From Sterolibacteriaceae bacterium (GTDB lineage: Bacteria; Pseudomonadota; Gammaproteobacteria; Burkholderiales; Rhodocyclaceae): 64,000 nucleotides of DNA. The position numbers were made by a program, and so were the translations under genes. The first letter of the stretch is position 1. Every line of letters starts with the position of its first letter. Below the pieces are notes generated by a model. That model was not told where the DNA came from and ran no database searches. It saw only the letters and a program-made list of their open reading frames with translations. Location: the NCBI GenBank assembly GCA_043738385.1, contig JAYUGL010000167.1:348-64347 (forward strand), written 5' to 3'. Below are positions 1-8,873 of this stretch, piece by piece.

Positions 1-878
1 TCCTCAACCATGGTTGGCCGTGGACGTTTTGGGACATGAACAAAATCATTGGGCCGCTCAGCGATCCCGCCGCTTACGGTGGCGACCCTGCCGATGCGTT
101 CGACGTGATCGTGCCCTCCCTGCCCGGCTATGGCTATTCGACGCCGCTGGCGAACACCGGCCTGAATTTCTGGCGCACCGCCGACCTCTGGGTGCAACTG
201 ATGCAGGAGACGCTCGGCTACAAGCGCTTTGCTTCCTACGGCGGCGACTGGGGCTCGCTGATCACCGCGCAGCTTGGTCACAAGCATGCCGACAAGTTGT
301 ATGGCATTTACGTCAGCCTGCCACTGCCGCTCGATCTTTTCTTCGGAACGCTGCCGGGTGCAGATCAATACGCCCCGGACGAACAGGGATGGCACGCCGC
401 CAACGAGCTTTTCTTCGCTACCGAAAGTGGATACTCAGCCCTCCAGGCAACCAAACCGCAGACGCTGGCCTACGGCTTGAATGATTCGCCGGTGGCGCAA
501 TGCGCCTGGATTCTTGAAAAGCGCCGTACCTGGAGCGATTGCGGCGGCAACGTGGAAAGCGTGTTCAGCAAGGACGAATTGCTGACGACCATGATGCTCT
601 ACTGGGCAACCGGCAGCGGCGGCAGTTCGGCGCGCTACTACTACGAGTGCACCCACAACCCGTGGAAGCCTTCCCATGACCGTTACCCGTGGGTGGAAGC
701 GCCGACCGGCGTTGCCGTGTTCGAGAACGAGATCTTGCGGCTACCGAAGTCCTGGTCGGAACAGAACTACAACTTGAAAAGCTGGCGACGCTTTCCGCAG
801 GGCGGCCATTTCGCGCCCATGGAGCGGCCCGACATCATCGTCTCCGAACTGCGGGAGTTCTTTCGGCCGCTGCGCTGA
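1..878 (+). CDS. Epoxide hydrolase-like alpha/beta hydrolase, 5' end outside window
   Basis: The frame of ORF 36..878 stays open back to base 3 (LNHGWPWTFWD precedes the listed Met). The HGWP oxyanion motif, GGDWGS nucleophile elbow and C-terminal GGHFAPMERP form the epoxide-hydrolase signature. Confidence 0.85.
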   Translation, partial: LNHGWPWTFWDMNKIIGPLSDPAAYGGDPADAFDVIVPSLPGYGYSTPLANTGLNFWRTADLWVQLMQETLGYKRFASYGGDWGSLITAQLGHKHADKLYGIYVSLPLPLDLFFGTLPGADQYAPDEQGWHAANELFFATESGYSALQATKPQTLAYGLNDSPVAQCAWILEKRRTWSDCGGNVESVFSKDELLTTMMLYWATGSGGSSARYYYECTHNPWKPSHDRYPWVEAPTGVAVFENEILRLPKSWSEQNYNLKSWRRFPQGGHFAPMERPDIIVSELREFFRPLR

Positions 879-1013
879 GCACTACAGCCACGCTGAAGGA
901 TGGCAATACCTTAGCCAAGGGCGCGAAATCCGGGATCAGAGAATATTTCGTTCTGGCGCAATTTGCCTTATCATGTACAAAATATTGCACACTATTTTGT
1001 TCTAAGGGTTGCC

Positions 1014-1304
1014 ATGGGAATTTCTTCAAACGATGTGGTGCCGTTCTCGCAGGCCCGCGCGAATCTCTCTGAATTGGCCGAGCAGGTCAAAGCGGGTGCT
1101 GAAAAGATCATCACCAAAAACGGGGAGAGCTATGTCGCGTTGATTGATGCGCGGCGTCTCGATCACTATCATCAACTGGAACGGGCCCGCATTCACCTGC
1201 TGCTGATCGATGAGGTCGAAAAGGGTTTGTCCGACATGGAGGCCGGTCGCGTCACCGATGCCAAGGCGGCTCTGCGGAAGATCAAAAAGCGCCGCCTGAG
1301 ATAG
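1014..1304 (+). CDS. Type II antitoxin, Phd/YefM family
   Basis: Within ORF 963..1304. The internal ATG at 1014 (MGISSNDVVPFSQARANLSELAEQV...GESYVALID) gives a typical ~96-aa Phd/YefM-like protein. It ends 9 nt upstream of the toxin-like ORF. Confidence 0.7.
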   Translation: MGISSNDVVPFSQARANLSELAEQVKAGAEKIITKNGESYVALIDARRLDHYHQLERARIHLLLIDEVEKGLSDMEAGRVTDAKAALRKIKKRRLR

Positions 1305-1313
1305 CGGATCGGA

Positions 1314-1691
1314 ATGGCAAACCGCAACAAGATCGTTGTCCGGTTTACGGGCAACTTCGAGGCCAACCTGACATTGATCGAGGCATTCTGGATCGAGAAC
1401 GAGCACCCTCAAGGTTTTGATCGTCTGCTCGATGAATTGGGAGAGACGGTCATTCCCAACCTTGAACGCTTTCCTGCCATGGGAAGACCATTCCTCAAGA
1501 ACCAGGCAGAGTCCGTCGAAGCATTGGCCCGACTGGAAAAAATCGAATCGCGTATTACCAAGCTGGATGGCAAAGGCGAATTGCGTGAATACGTGATGGA
1601 TGAGTATCTCGTCCTTTACGCAGTCCTGAAATCGGCGATCCATCTACTTGCCATCAAGCACCAAAAGCAGTTGGCGTTTGATTTTATCTAG
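1314..1691 (+). CDS. Type II toxin, ParE/RelE superfamily (tentative)
   Basis: 125-aa ORF immediately downstream of the Phd-like antitoxin. Size, position and the C-terminal EYLVLYAV...AIHLLAIKHQKQ pattern fit ParE/RelE-fold toxins. The exact family cannot be resolved by eye. Confidence 0.55.
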   Translation: MANRNKIVVRFTGNFEANLTLIEAFWIENEHPQGFDRLLDELGETVIPNLERFPAMGRPFLKNQAESVEALARLEKIESRITKLDGKGELREYVMDEYLVLYAVLKSAIHLLAIKHQKQLAFDFI

Positions 1692-1738
1692 ACAGGCTAG
1701 AGCGAATATTGGCGCAACTTCTATAAGAAGAGCGTTAG

Positions 1739-2599
1739 TCATAATGAATTAAAGAAATCTTTGTCGATGAAAACCTCTTCAACAACTCGTGTTCTGACCT
1801 CCACTCCTATTCGCAATTCCTTCAATTTCTGTGCAAGAGTTTCACCATCTATGAGATCAATTGGTGGGGCACCATCACGCTGTGCCTCTATCCGCGCATC
1901 CTTGGTGAAAGTTCCAGTAGTAATCAATAACCCTTTGTCGGCCCTGCCAACCATGGCTCCCCTGAAATCTCTTACAACAGAAGCAGAAACGCTTCCTTGA
2001 TATCGTTTGCTCTGGAAGATCACATGAAAGGAAAGCAAGCCACCCAGTCTCACGACACCTTTTCCGTCAATGCCGCCGTCCCCTGATTTGCCTGTCACCT
2101 CAACTTGAATAAAGCCAGATTCACGCAATAATCTTTGGCACAACCGCTCAAAGGCATCTGGGGAAATTGATTTGACAACCTCCAGAATGTTGTCTTCCCA
2201 TGACAACTCCTCCAAATCATCTTCCAAAGACAAAACGTGGGGTTGTGCCGCTTCATCAGGCATCTTTTTTTCTGACTGGCGATCAAGCGCAAGAACAAAT
2301 TTCTTTACTTGTGCTGGATCGACTGTTGTCGTATTTCTACCTACGGTAGTCAGAGACCACACACCCCTGCTGCTATTTTCCAGTATTCCGAAGCGCTTCA
2401 AATAGTTTCTCGCCCAAGCCAATCGATAACTTAGTTTCGTTCTATTACCACGATGTATCTCAGCAATCTCAGCCTCCGTGAGTTTGAGGAACTCCGCAAC
2501 TTTGTCCTCTTGCTCCTCAACATTCGCCGATCCACCAAGCGAATGAATTGCCTCCAAAAGAGGTTGGAATAGTTCGTCATATCTTGGAATCGTCGTCAT
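1739..2599 (-). CDS. mrr: Mrr-type restriction endonuclease (type IV, modification-dependent)
   Basis: N-terminal Mrr_N-like winged helix (IPRYDELFQPLLEAIHSLGGSA) and C-terminal Mrr catalytic core (GDGGIDGKG ... VIFQSKRY, i.e. D...QxK). The gene is visibly AT-richer than its flanks. Confidence 0.8.
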   Translation of the reverse strand: MTTIPRYDELFQPLLEAIHSLGGSANVEEQEDKVAEFLKLTEAEIAEIHRGNRTKLSYRLAWARNYLKRFGILENSSRGVWSLTTVGRNTTTVDPAQVKKFVLALDRQSEKKMPDEAAQPHVLSLEDDLEELSWEDNILEVVKSISPDAFERLCQRLLRESGFIQVEVTGKSGDGGIDGKGVVRLGGLLSFHVIFQSKRYQGSVSASVVRDFRGAMVGRADKGLLITTGTFTKDARIEAQRDGAPPIDLIDGETLAQKLKELRIGVEVRTRVVEEVFIDKDFFNSL

Positions 2600-2605
2600 A
2601 AACTC

Positions 2606-5600
2606 TTAGAGAATCGGCGCCAGCCAGCGCTCCGCCTCGGCAACGCTCATGCCGCTGCGCTGCGCCCAGTCTTCAAGCTGGTCGCGGCCGATCTTGCTCA
2701 CCGCAAAGTAATGCGCCTCCGGGTGGGCGAGGTAGAAGCCCGCCACCGCCGCGGTCGGCGTCATGGCGAAATTTTCGGTGATATTCATGCCGACTTTATT
2801 CGTCACGTCGAGCAGGCGGAACAATTCGCCCTTGACCGTATGGTCCGGGCAGGCTGGGTAGCCGGGGGCGGGGCGGATGCCGCGATATTGTTCGGCGATC
2901 AAAGCCTCGTTGCCGAGTTGCTCATCAGCCGCATAACCCCAGTACTCCTTGCGCACCCGCTCGTGCAGCCACTCGGCGCACGCTTCGGCAAGCCGGTCGG
3001 CAATCGATTTCAGCATGATGGCGCGGTAGTCGTCTTGCGCGGCCTCGAATTCGGCGAGCTTTTTTTCGATGCCGATGCCCGCAGTGACGGCGAAAGCGCC
3101 CGCGTAGTCGGCGGCGCCGCCTTGTTCTTCAATACGCGGCGCGACAAAGTCGGTGAGACATTCGTTGGGCTTGCCCTCGGGTCGCTGATGCTGCTGGCGC
3201 AGTCCGCGCCACGTGGCCAGCACTTTGTCGCGCGACTCATCCTGAAACAGCGCGATGTCGTCGCCCACTGCGTTGGCGGGGAAGATGCCGAATACCGCAT
3301 TGGCCTTCAGCCACTTGCGCTGGATGACTTGCTCCAGCATTTCCTTGCCGTCGCGAAACACGTTGCGCGCGGCTTCGCCGACGATCGCGTCATCGAGGAT
3401 CTTCGGATAGGCGCCGGCCAGATCCCAGGTCTGGAAAAACGGACCCCAGTCGATGTACTTCGCCAGCGTGGCGAGATCGACATTGCGCAGCACGGTGACG
3501 CCGGTCTTGTACGGCTTCACCGGCGCGTAGACGAGCTTGGCGCGGTTGGCGCGCGCGGTGGCCAGTGACACCAGCGTCACGCCTTTCTTGTTGGCATGCT
3601 GGATGCGCACTTTCTCGTAGTCCGCCGCCACTTCAGCCTTGTAATCGGCGGCATGATCGATGGAAAGCAGCTTGGTCACCACACCCACGGCACGCGAGGC
3701 GTCGGGCACGTAGACCACCGGCGACTGGTAATTGGGCGCGATCTTGATGGCGGTGTGAGCACGCGAAGTCGTCGCACCCCCGATCAGCAGTGGCACGATG
3801 AAACCCTGGCGCTGCATTTCTGCCGCGACATGGCTCATTTCTTCGAGCGAGGGCGTGATCAATCCTGACAGGCCAATCACGTCGACGCCATGCTCGCGCG
3901 CGGCGTTGAGAATTTTTTCGGTCGCCACCATCACGCCAAGGTCGATCACTTCGTAGCCATTGCAGCCCAGCACTACGCCGACGATATTCTTGCCGATGTC
4001 GTGCACGTCACCCTTGACCGTGGCCATGATGATGCGGCCCTTGGAAGTGACGCCGGTGCGGATTTTTTCCGCCTCGATGTAGGGCAACAGATGGGCCACC
4101 GCCTGCTTCATCACGCGCGCCGATTTCACCACCTGGGGCAGAAACATTTTGCCGGCGCCGAACAGGTCGCCGACCACATTCATGCCGGCCATCAGCGGCC
4201 CCTCGATCACGCCCAGCGGCGGACCGCCCGCGGCTTCAACTGCCGCGCGACACTCTTCGGTGTCGGCCACCACGTACTCGGTGATGCCCTTGACCAGCGC
4301 ATGTTCAAGACGTTTTTCAACCGTCCATTCGCGCCAGGCCAGATCCTGCACATTTTCCTTGGCCTGGCCCTTCACCGTTTGCGCAAATTCGACCAGTGCT
4401 TCACCGGCACCAGGATTGCGATTCAACACCACATCCTCGACCTTCTGCTTCAACGCCGGATCGAGATCGTCGTAAACGCCCAGCTGGCCGGCGTTGACGA
4501 TGCCCATGGTGAGCCCGGCCTGGACCGCGTGGTAGAGGAACACGGTGTGGATCGCCTCGCGCACCGGGTCGTTGCCGCGGAACGAGAAGCTCACATTTGA
4601 AACGCCGCCGCTGGTCTTGGCATATGGCAGATTGGCCTTGATCCATTTTAGTGCTTCGATGAAATCCACCGCGTAGTTGTCGTGCTCGGGGATGCCCGTG
4701 GCGATGGCGAAGATGTTGGCATCGAAGATGATGTCCTCGGCCGGAAAGCCGTCAGCGACCAGCAGGTCATAAGCCCTCTGGCAGATGGTGGTCTTGCGCG
4801 CGTAGGTGTCGGCCTGACCCTGCTCATCGAAGGCCATCACAATCACCGCTGCGCCATAACGGCGGGCGAGGCGCGCTTGTTCGAGGAACTTGACTTCGCC
4901 TTCCTTCATCGAAATCGAGTTGACGATGCCCTTGCCCTGCACGCACTTGAGGCCCGCCTCGATCACTTCCCACTTCGAGGAATCGAGCATGATGGGCACC
5001 CGGCTGATGTCCGGCTCGGCGGCAATGAGCTTGCAGAAACGCTCCATCGCCGCTTTGGAATCCAGCATGGCTTCGTCCATGTTGATATCGATGATCTGCG
5101 CGCCATTCTCCACCTGGCTGCGCGCCACGGCCAGCGCGGCGTCGAAACGGCCTTCGAGGATCATGCGGGCGAAGGCCTTGGAGCCGGTGACGTTGGTGCG
5201 CTCACCGGCATTGACGAAGAGGTTGTCGGCGTCGATGTTGAATGGCTCCAAACCGGATAAGCGCAGCTTGCGTTGCGGCGCTACTGGCGTGCGTGGCTTG
5301 ACGCTGGCCAATGCATCGGCGATGGCCTTGATGTGCTCGGGCGTGGTGCCGCAGCAACCGCCGGCGATGTTGATCAAGCCCTGCTTGCCCCAGTCGCCGA
5401 TCTCGCCGGCCAGCGCTTCGGCGGTTTCATCGTAGCCGCCGAAGGCATTGGGCAGCCCGGCGTTGGGGTGGGCGGAGATGAAACAATCGCAGACGCGGGA
5501 AAGCTCCTCCACATATTGACGCAACTCCTTTGCGCCGAGCGCGCAATTGAGACCGAAGGACAGCGGCCGTGCGTGGGCCAGCGAATTCCAGAAGGCTTCC

Positions 5601-6280
5601 GCCGTCTGGCCGGAAAGAGTGCGGCCCGAGGCGTCGGTGATGGTGCCGGAAATCATGATCGGCCAACGCCGTCCGGCGGCATCGAAAAATTGCTCGATGG
5701 CGAACAGCGCCGCTTTGGCGTTGAGCGTGTCGAAGACCGTCTCGACCAGAATCAGATCGGCACCGCCCTCGACCAGACCCTTGACCGACTCGGTGTAGTT
5801 GTCCACCAGTTCGTCGAAACTGATGTTGCGGAAGCCTGGGTCATTGACATCGGGCGACAGCGACGCGGTACGCGACGTCGGGCCCAGCACGCCAGCGACG
5901 AAGCGCGGCTTGTCGGGTGTGGAGAACTTGTCGCAGGCTTCCCGCGCCAGCTGTGCGCCGACGACGTTCAATTCATAAGCGATGTCCGCCAGCCCGTACT
6001 CCGCCTGCGAGACGCGGGTGGCGTTGAAGGTGCTGGTCTCGATGATGTCGGCACCGGCGGCCAGATACCCCTCGTGGATACCGCGGATCACGTCGGACTG
6101 GCTCAACAGCAGCAGATCGTTGTTGCCCCTCACGTCCTTGCCGTGAGTGGCAAAGCGCGTGCCGCGGTAGTCGGCCTCGGTGAGATTGTGCCGCTGCACC
6201 ATGGTGCCCATTGCGCCGTCCAGAATGAGGATGCGGCGACGAAGAAGCTGGGTAATCTCTTGGGTACGGTCTGGTTGCAT
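2606..6280 (-). CDS. metH: Cobalamin-dependent methionine synthase
   Basis: Full-length MetH architecture: Hcy-binding ([10 protein letters not shown]), pterin-binding, B12-binding DxHxxG (GDVHDIGKN) and a C-terminal AdoMet reactivation domain. Start moved from the listed 6316 to ATG 6280 (MQPDRTQEI). Confidence 0.97.
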   Translation of the reverse strand: MQPDRTQEITQLLRRRILILDGAMGTMVQRHNLTEADYRGTRFATHGKDVRGNNDLLLLSQSDVIRGIHEGYLAAGADIIETSTFNATRVSQAEYGLADIAYELNVVGAQLAREACDKFSTPDKPRFVAGVLGPTSRTASLSPDVNDPGFRNISFDELVDNYTESVKGLVEGGADLILVETVFDTLNAKAALFAIEQFFDAAGRRWPIMISGTITDASGRTLSGQTAEAFWNSLAHARPLSFGLNCALGAKELRQYVEELSRVCDCFISAHPNAGLPNAFGGYDETAEALAGEIGDWGKQGLINIAGGCCGTTPEHIKAIADALASVKPRTPVAPQRKLRLSGLEPFNIDADNLFVNAGERTNVTGSKAFARMILEGRFDAALAVARSQVENGAQIIDINMDEAMLDSKAAMERFCKLIAAEPDISRVPIMLDSSKWEVIEAGLKCVQGKGIVNSISMKEGEVKFLEQARLARRYGAAVIVMAFDEQGQADTYARKTTICQRAYDLLVADGFPAEDIIFDANIFAIATGIPEHDNYAVDFIEALKWIKANLPYAKTSGGVSNVSFSFRGNDPVREAIHTVFLYHAVQAGLTMGIVNAGQLGVYDDLDPALKQKVEDVVLNRNPGAGEALVEFAQTVKGQAKENVQDLAWREWTVEKRLEHALVKGITEYVVADTEECRAAVEAAGGPPLGVIEGPLMAGMNVVGDLFGAGKMFLPQVVKSARVMKQAVAHLLPYIEAEKIRTGVTSKGRIIMATVKGDVHDIGKNIVGVVLGCNGYEVIDLGVMVATEKILNAAREHGVDVIGLSGLITPSLEEMSHVAAEMQRQGFIVPLLIGGATTSRAHTAIKIAPNYQSPVVYVPDASRAVGVVTKLLSIDHAADYKAEVAADYEKVRIQHANKKGVTLVSLATARANRAKLVYAPVKPYKTGVTVLRNVDLATLAKYIDWGPFFQTWDLAGAYPKILDDAIVGEAARNVFRDGKEMLEQVIQRKWLKANAVFGIFPANAVGDDIALFQDESRDKVLATWRGLRQQHQRPEGKPNECLTDFVAPRIEEQGGAADYAGAFAVTAGIGIEKKLAEFEAAQDDYRAIMLKSIADRLAEACAEWLHERVRKEYWGYAADEQLGNEALIAEQYRGIRPAPGYPACPDHTVKGELFRLLDVTNKVGMNITENFAMTPTAAVAGFYLAHPEAHYFAVSKIGRDQLEDWAQRSGMSVAEAERWLAPIL

Positions 6281-6291
6281 AAGCTGATTCC

Positions 6292-6333
6292 AAAAAAGCA
6301 AAACCCGTTCGACCAAATGAGCGGAACGGGTTT
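6292..6333 (-). terminator. Intrinsic-terminator-like hairpin inside the metH leader (possible attenuator or expression platform)
   Basis: Minus strand reads AAACCCGTTC-(13 nt loop)-GAACGGGTTT followed by tgcTTTTTTgg. The U-run ends 11 nt before the metH ATG. No upstream minus-strand gene is present for it to terminate. Confidence 0.5.
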
Positions 6334-6408
6334 GTTTAACGCGTCTCGCTTTAGCCGCACTTGTAAAGCGCCCGCAAGCTGAAACTCAAATCGGCGCTAT
6401 GGGGCGGA

Positions 6409-6437
6409 ACCATACCTGCCAATACCAGCGATGTCAA
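6409..6437 (-). promoter_or_regulatory. Candidate sigma70 promoter of metH
   Basis: Minus strand: TTGACA (6437-6432), 17-nt spacer, TATGGT (6414-6409). This predicts a ~125-nt leader. Confidence 0.5.
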
Positions 6438-6508
6438 ACGGTGCCCGTGACGCCGCAAGTCGCCGACGCCAGGCAAACCGGCGGGACGACACGAGTCAGG
6501 CTGGTCAA

Positions 6509-6537
6509 TTGATTCTTCCTACCGGCTCGGATATGAT
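6509..6537 (+). promoter_or_regulatory. Candidate sigma70 promoter of the vapBC-like operon
   Basis: TTGATT (6509-6514), 17-nt spacer, TATGAT (6532-6537). An AAGGAG RBS precedes the ATG at 6567. Confidence 0.5.
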
Positions 6538-6566
6538 ATGTACTACCGTCCTACAAGGAGATCCAC

Positions 6567-6824
6567 ATGCCATTGTCCGTTCGTTTGTCGCCCAAGGAAA
6601 ATGCGCTGTTGGAAGCCGCCAGCCGACAAACCGCGCGCAGCAAAAGCGAACTGGTGCGCCAAGGTGTGCGTGAACTATGCCAGCGTCTGGCGCGGGGCGA
6701 AAAGACCCCCTATGACCTGGGCAAAGGATTGTTCGGGGCCGGCTCGCTGGGTGCCACACCGACCGACCCGGTTAAACGCGCCGTATGGGAGAAGCTGCGT
6801 GCCAAGCATGGCCGCTTGGGTTGA
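6567..6824 (+). CDS. Ribbon-helix-helix (CopG-like) antitoxin
   Basis: 85 aa. MPLSVRLSPKENALLEAASRQTARSKSELVRQGV is a typical RHH N-terminus. It overlaps the downstream PIN gene by 17 nt. Confidence 0.7.
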   Translation: MPLSVRLSPKENALLEAASRQTARSKSELVRQGVRELCQRLARGEKTPYDLGKGLFGAGSLGATPTDPVKRAVWEKLRAKHGRLG

Positions 6825-7215
6825 CACGGGATTTCTCGTCGCCCTGTTCGCCGGAGATGACCGCTACCATGCATCGGCGGTCGATTTTCTCAAGGGGGCA
6901 GGAAACATTGAGTTTCACACGATCTGGCCGGTAATCTCCGAAGCCAGCTTCTTTCTCGACAACGCCGGCAAGGCGGCCATGCTGGAGTGGCTAGAAGAAG
7001 GGGCCATCCTGTTCCATGAAATCGGCCTGGGCGACCTGCCAGCGATTCGCGCCACGCTGAAAAAATACCGTGACCTTTCGCCCGACTTCACTGATGCGGC
7101 GCTGGTCACGCTGGCGGGTATCCACGGCATCACCAAGATCGTGACCGTGGATGTGCGGGATTTCTCGGCATACCGAACTCGTGACGGGAAGTCTATCGAG
7201 CGGCTGTGGTTGTAA
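6808..7215 (+). CDS. vapC: PIN-domain toxin, VapC-like
   Basis: Internal ATG at 6808 of ORF 6538..7215. It carries the VDTGFLVALF..D N-terminal acidic motif and the DFTDAALVTLA motif of PIN ribonucleases. The upstream part of the listed ORF overlaps the antitoxin and is not protein-like. Confidence 0.8.
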   Translation: MAAWVDTGFLVALFAGDDRYHASAVDFLKGAGNIEFHTIWPVISEASFFLDNAGKAAMLEWLEEGAILFHEIGLGDLPAIRATLKKYRDLSPDFTDAALVTLAGIHGITKIVTVDVRDFSAYRTRDGKSIERLWL

Positions 7216-7264
7216 TTAACACCTGCTTTCATCGCGTTTTTGCACGGCTTGGGGCACAAGCAGG

Positions 7265-8791
7265 CTACCCAAAATTCTTCAAATACCGCTCGCGCAACAC
7301 GTTCTTCTGTACCTTGCCCATCGCGTTGCGCGGCAGGTCATTGACGAGGAACACCCGCTTGGGTAATTTGAAATTGGCGATGCTGCCCTTCAGCGCGGCG
7401 GCAATGCTGCTTTCGGAGAGCGCCGCGCCCACCGCGTTGTTCCGCCGCACCACCACCGCGGTCACTGCTTCACCAAAGTCCGCATGCGGCAAACCGATTA
7501 CCGCGGACTCTGCGACGCCCGGCAAGGCGTCGATCATGTCCTCTATTTCCTTGGGGTAAACATTGAGGCCACCGGTAATAACCAAGTCTTTGGAGCGACC
7601 GACGATGCTGATGTAGCCGTCGCTATCCCTCTGTCCCATGTCGCCGGTCTTGAACCAGCCGTCGGTGGTGAATTCTTCTTTTGTCTTTTCCGGCATCCGC
7701 CAGTAGCCCGAAAATACATTATCCCCGCGCACCTGGATGCTGCCGATCTTGCCCGGCGCGCAAGCGTGACCGCTGTCATCGACGATGCGCACTTCGGTGC
7801 AAGGCAACGAAAATCCGACCGTGCCGCCGCGCCGCTCGCCCGCGTAGGGGTTGGACGTGAACATGCCGCCTTCGGTCATGCCGTAGCGTTCGAGGATGGT
7901 ATGGCCGGTACGTGAAATGAATTGGTCAAAGGTTTCCCTGAGCAGCGGCGCCGAGCCGGAAATGAACAGGCGCATGTTGGCGCAGCGTTGCCCGGTAAAC
8001 TCCGCTTCGGCGAGCAGACGCACGTAATAGGTCGGCACGCCCATGAATACGGTGGCCTGCGGCATTAGTTGCAGCGCGCGTTTGGCGTCGAACTTGGCTT
8101 CGAAGAGCATCGCCGAACCGTTCAGCAGCGCACAATGAGTGGCGATGAACAGGCCGTGAACATGAAATGTCGGCAACATGTGCAACAGCACGTCGCCTTT
8201 ATGGAAGTGCCAGAATTTGTGCAGCGCCTGAGCATTCACCGCAAGATTGCGATGGGTCAGCATCGCGCCCTTGGAACGACCGGTGGTACCGGAGGTGTAG
8301 AGAATGGCGGCGAGATCGTCGCCTTTACGCGCGATGGTGCTGAACCTGTCGGCATAGGGCGCGGCGGCATTGATCAACGAGCCGCGTCCCTCATCGTCCA
8401 GTTCCAGCACATGCGCCACGCCGATTTTTGCCGCAAGCTCGGCCGCCAATGTGCGCGATTGCGGGCGACATACCAATAGGCCGGGTCGGGCGTCGCCAAG
8501 AAAGTATTCGAGCTCATACCGTTGATAGGCCGGGTTCAGCGGCAGGAACACCATGCCGGCACGCAGCGTGGCGAGGTAGAGTACCAGCGCCTCAGGCGTT
8601 TTTTCCACCTGCGCGGCCACGCGGTCGCCGGGTTGCAGACCGAGGGCGATGATCAGGTTGGCGATGCGTGCACTGGCACGTTGGACATCTCGATAGGTCC
8701 ATATCCTGCCATCGGACAGGATCATGCACGGAGCATCGGGGTTCTGCGGAAATCCCGCTGCAAGGAGACTGTAGAGGTTCTCGTTATTCAT
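7265..8791 (-). CDS. matB: Malonyl-CoA synthetase-like AMP-forming ligase (MatB family)
   Basis: RVAAQVEKTPEALVLYLATLRAGMVFLPLNPAY...YFLGDARP closely mirrors MatB. AMP-binding motif ILYTSGTTGRSKGA. Start placed at ATG 8791 (MNNENLY); the listed 8803 is a TTG. Confidence 0.8.
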   Translation of the reverse strand: MNNENLYSLLAAGFPQNPDAPCMILSDGRIWTYRDVQRASARIANLIIALGLQPGDRVAAQVEKTPEALVLYLATLRAGMVFLPLNPAYQRYELEYFLGDARPGLLVCRPQSRTLAAELAAKIGVAHVLELDDEGRGSLINAAAPYADRFSTIARKGDDLAAILYTSGTTGRSKGAMLTHRNLAVNAQALHKFWHFHKGDVLLHMLPTFHVHGLFIATHCALLNGSAMLFEAKFDAKRALQLMPQATVFMGVPTYYVRLLAEAEFTGQRCANMRLFISGSAPLLRETFDQFISRTGHTILERYGMTEGGMFTSNPYAGERRGGTVGFSLPCTEVRIVDDSGHACAPGKIGSIQVRGDNVFSGYWRMPEKTKEEFTTDGWFKTGDMGQRDSDGYISIVGRSKDLVITGGLNVYPKEIEDMIDALPGVAESAVIGLPHADFGEAVTAVVVRRNNAVGAALSESSIAAALKGSIANFKLPKRVFLVNDLPRNAMGKVQKNVLRERYLKNFG

Positions 8792-8807
8792 GGCGCTGAT
8801 CAATCAT

Positions 8808-8853
8808 CCCAAAATGGAAAACCCCGCTCGGCGATCAGCAGAACGGGGTTTTC
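8808..8853 (-). terminator. Rho-independent terminator candidate after the RND exporter gene
   Basis: 10-bp stem GAAAACCCCG/CGGGGTTTTC (8817-8826 / 8844-8853) followed on the minus strand by cATTTTggg. It lies 21 nt downstream of the stop at 8874. Confidence 0.45.
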
Positions 8854-8873
8854 TACCTGCCAGGAAAGATTTT

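Noticed and set aside
6334-6408. Naming the metH leader as an SAH, SAM or cobalamin riboswitch.
   Set aside because: I could not find the conserved cores I remember (the B12 box, or the SAH-element AGGAGCGC/GCGCC pseudoknot pattern). Only a generic structured leader is supportable without a covariance-model search.
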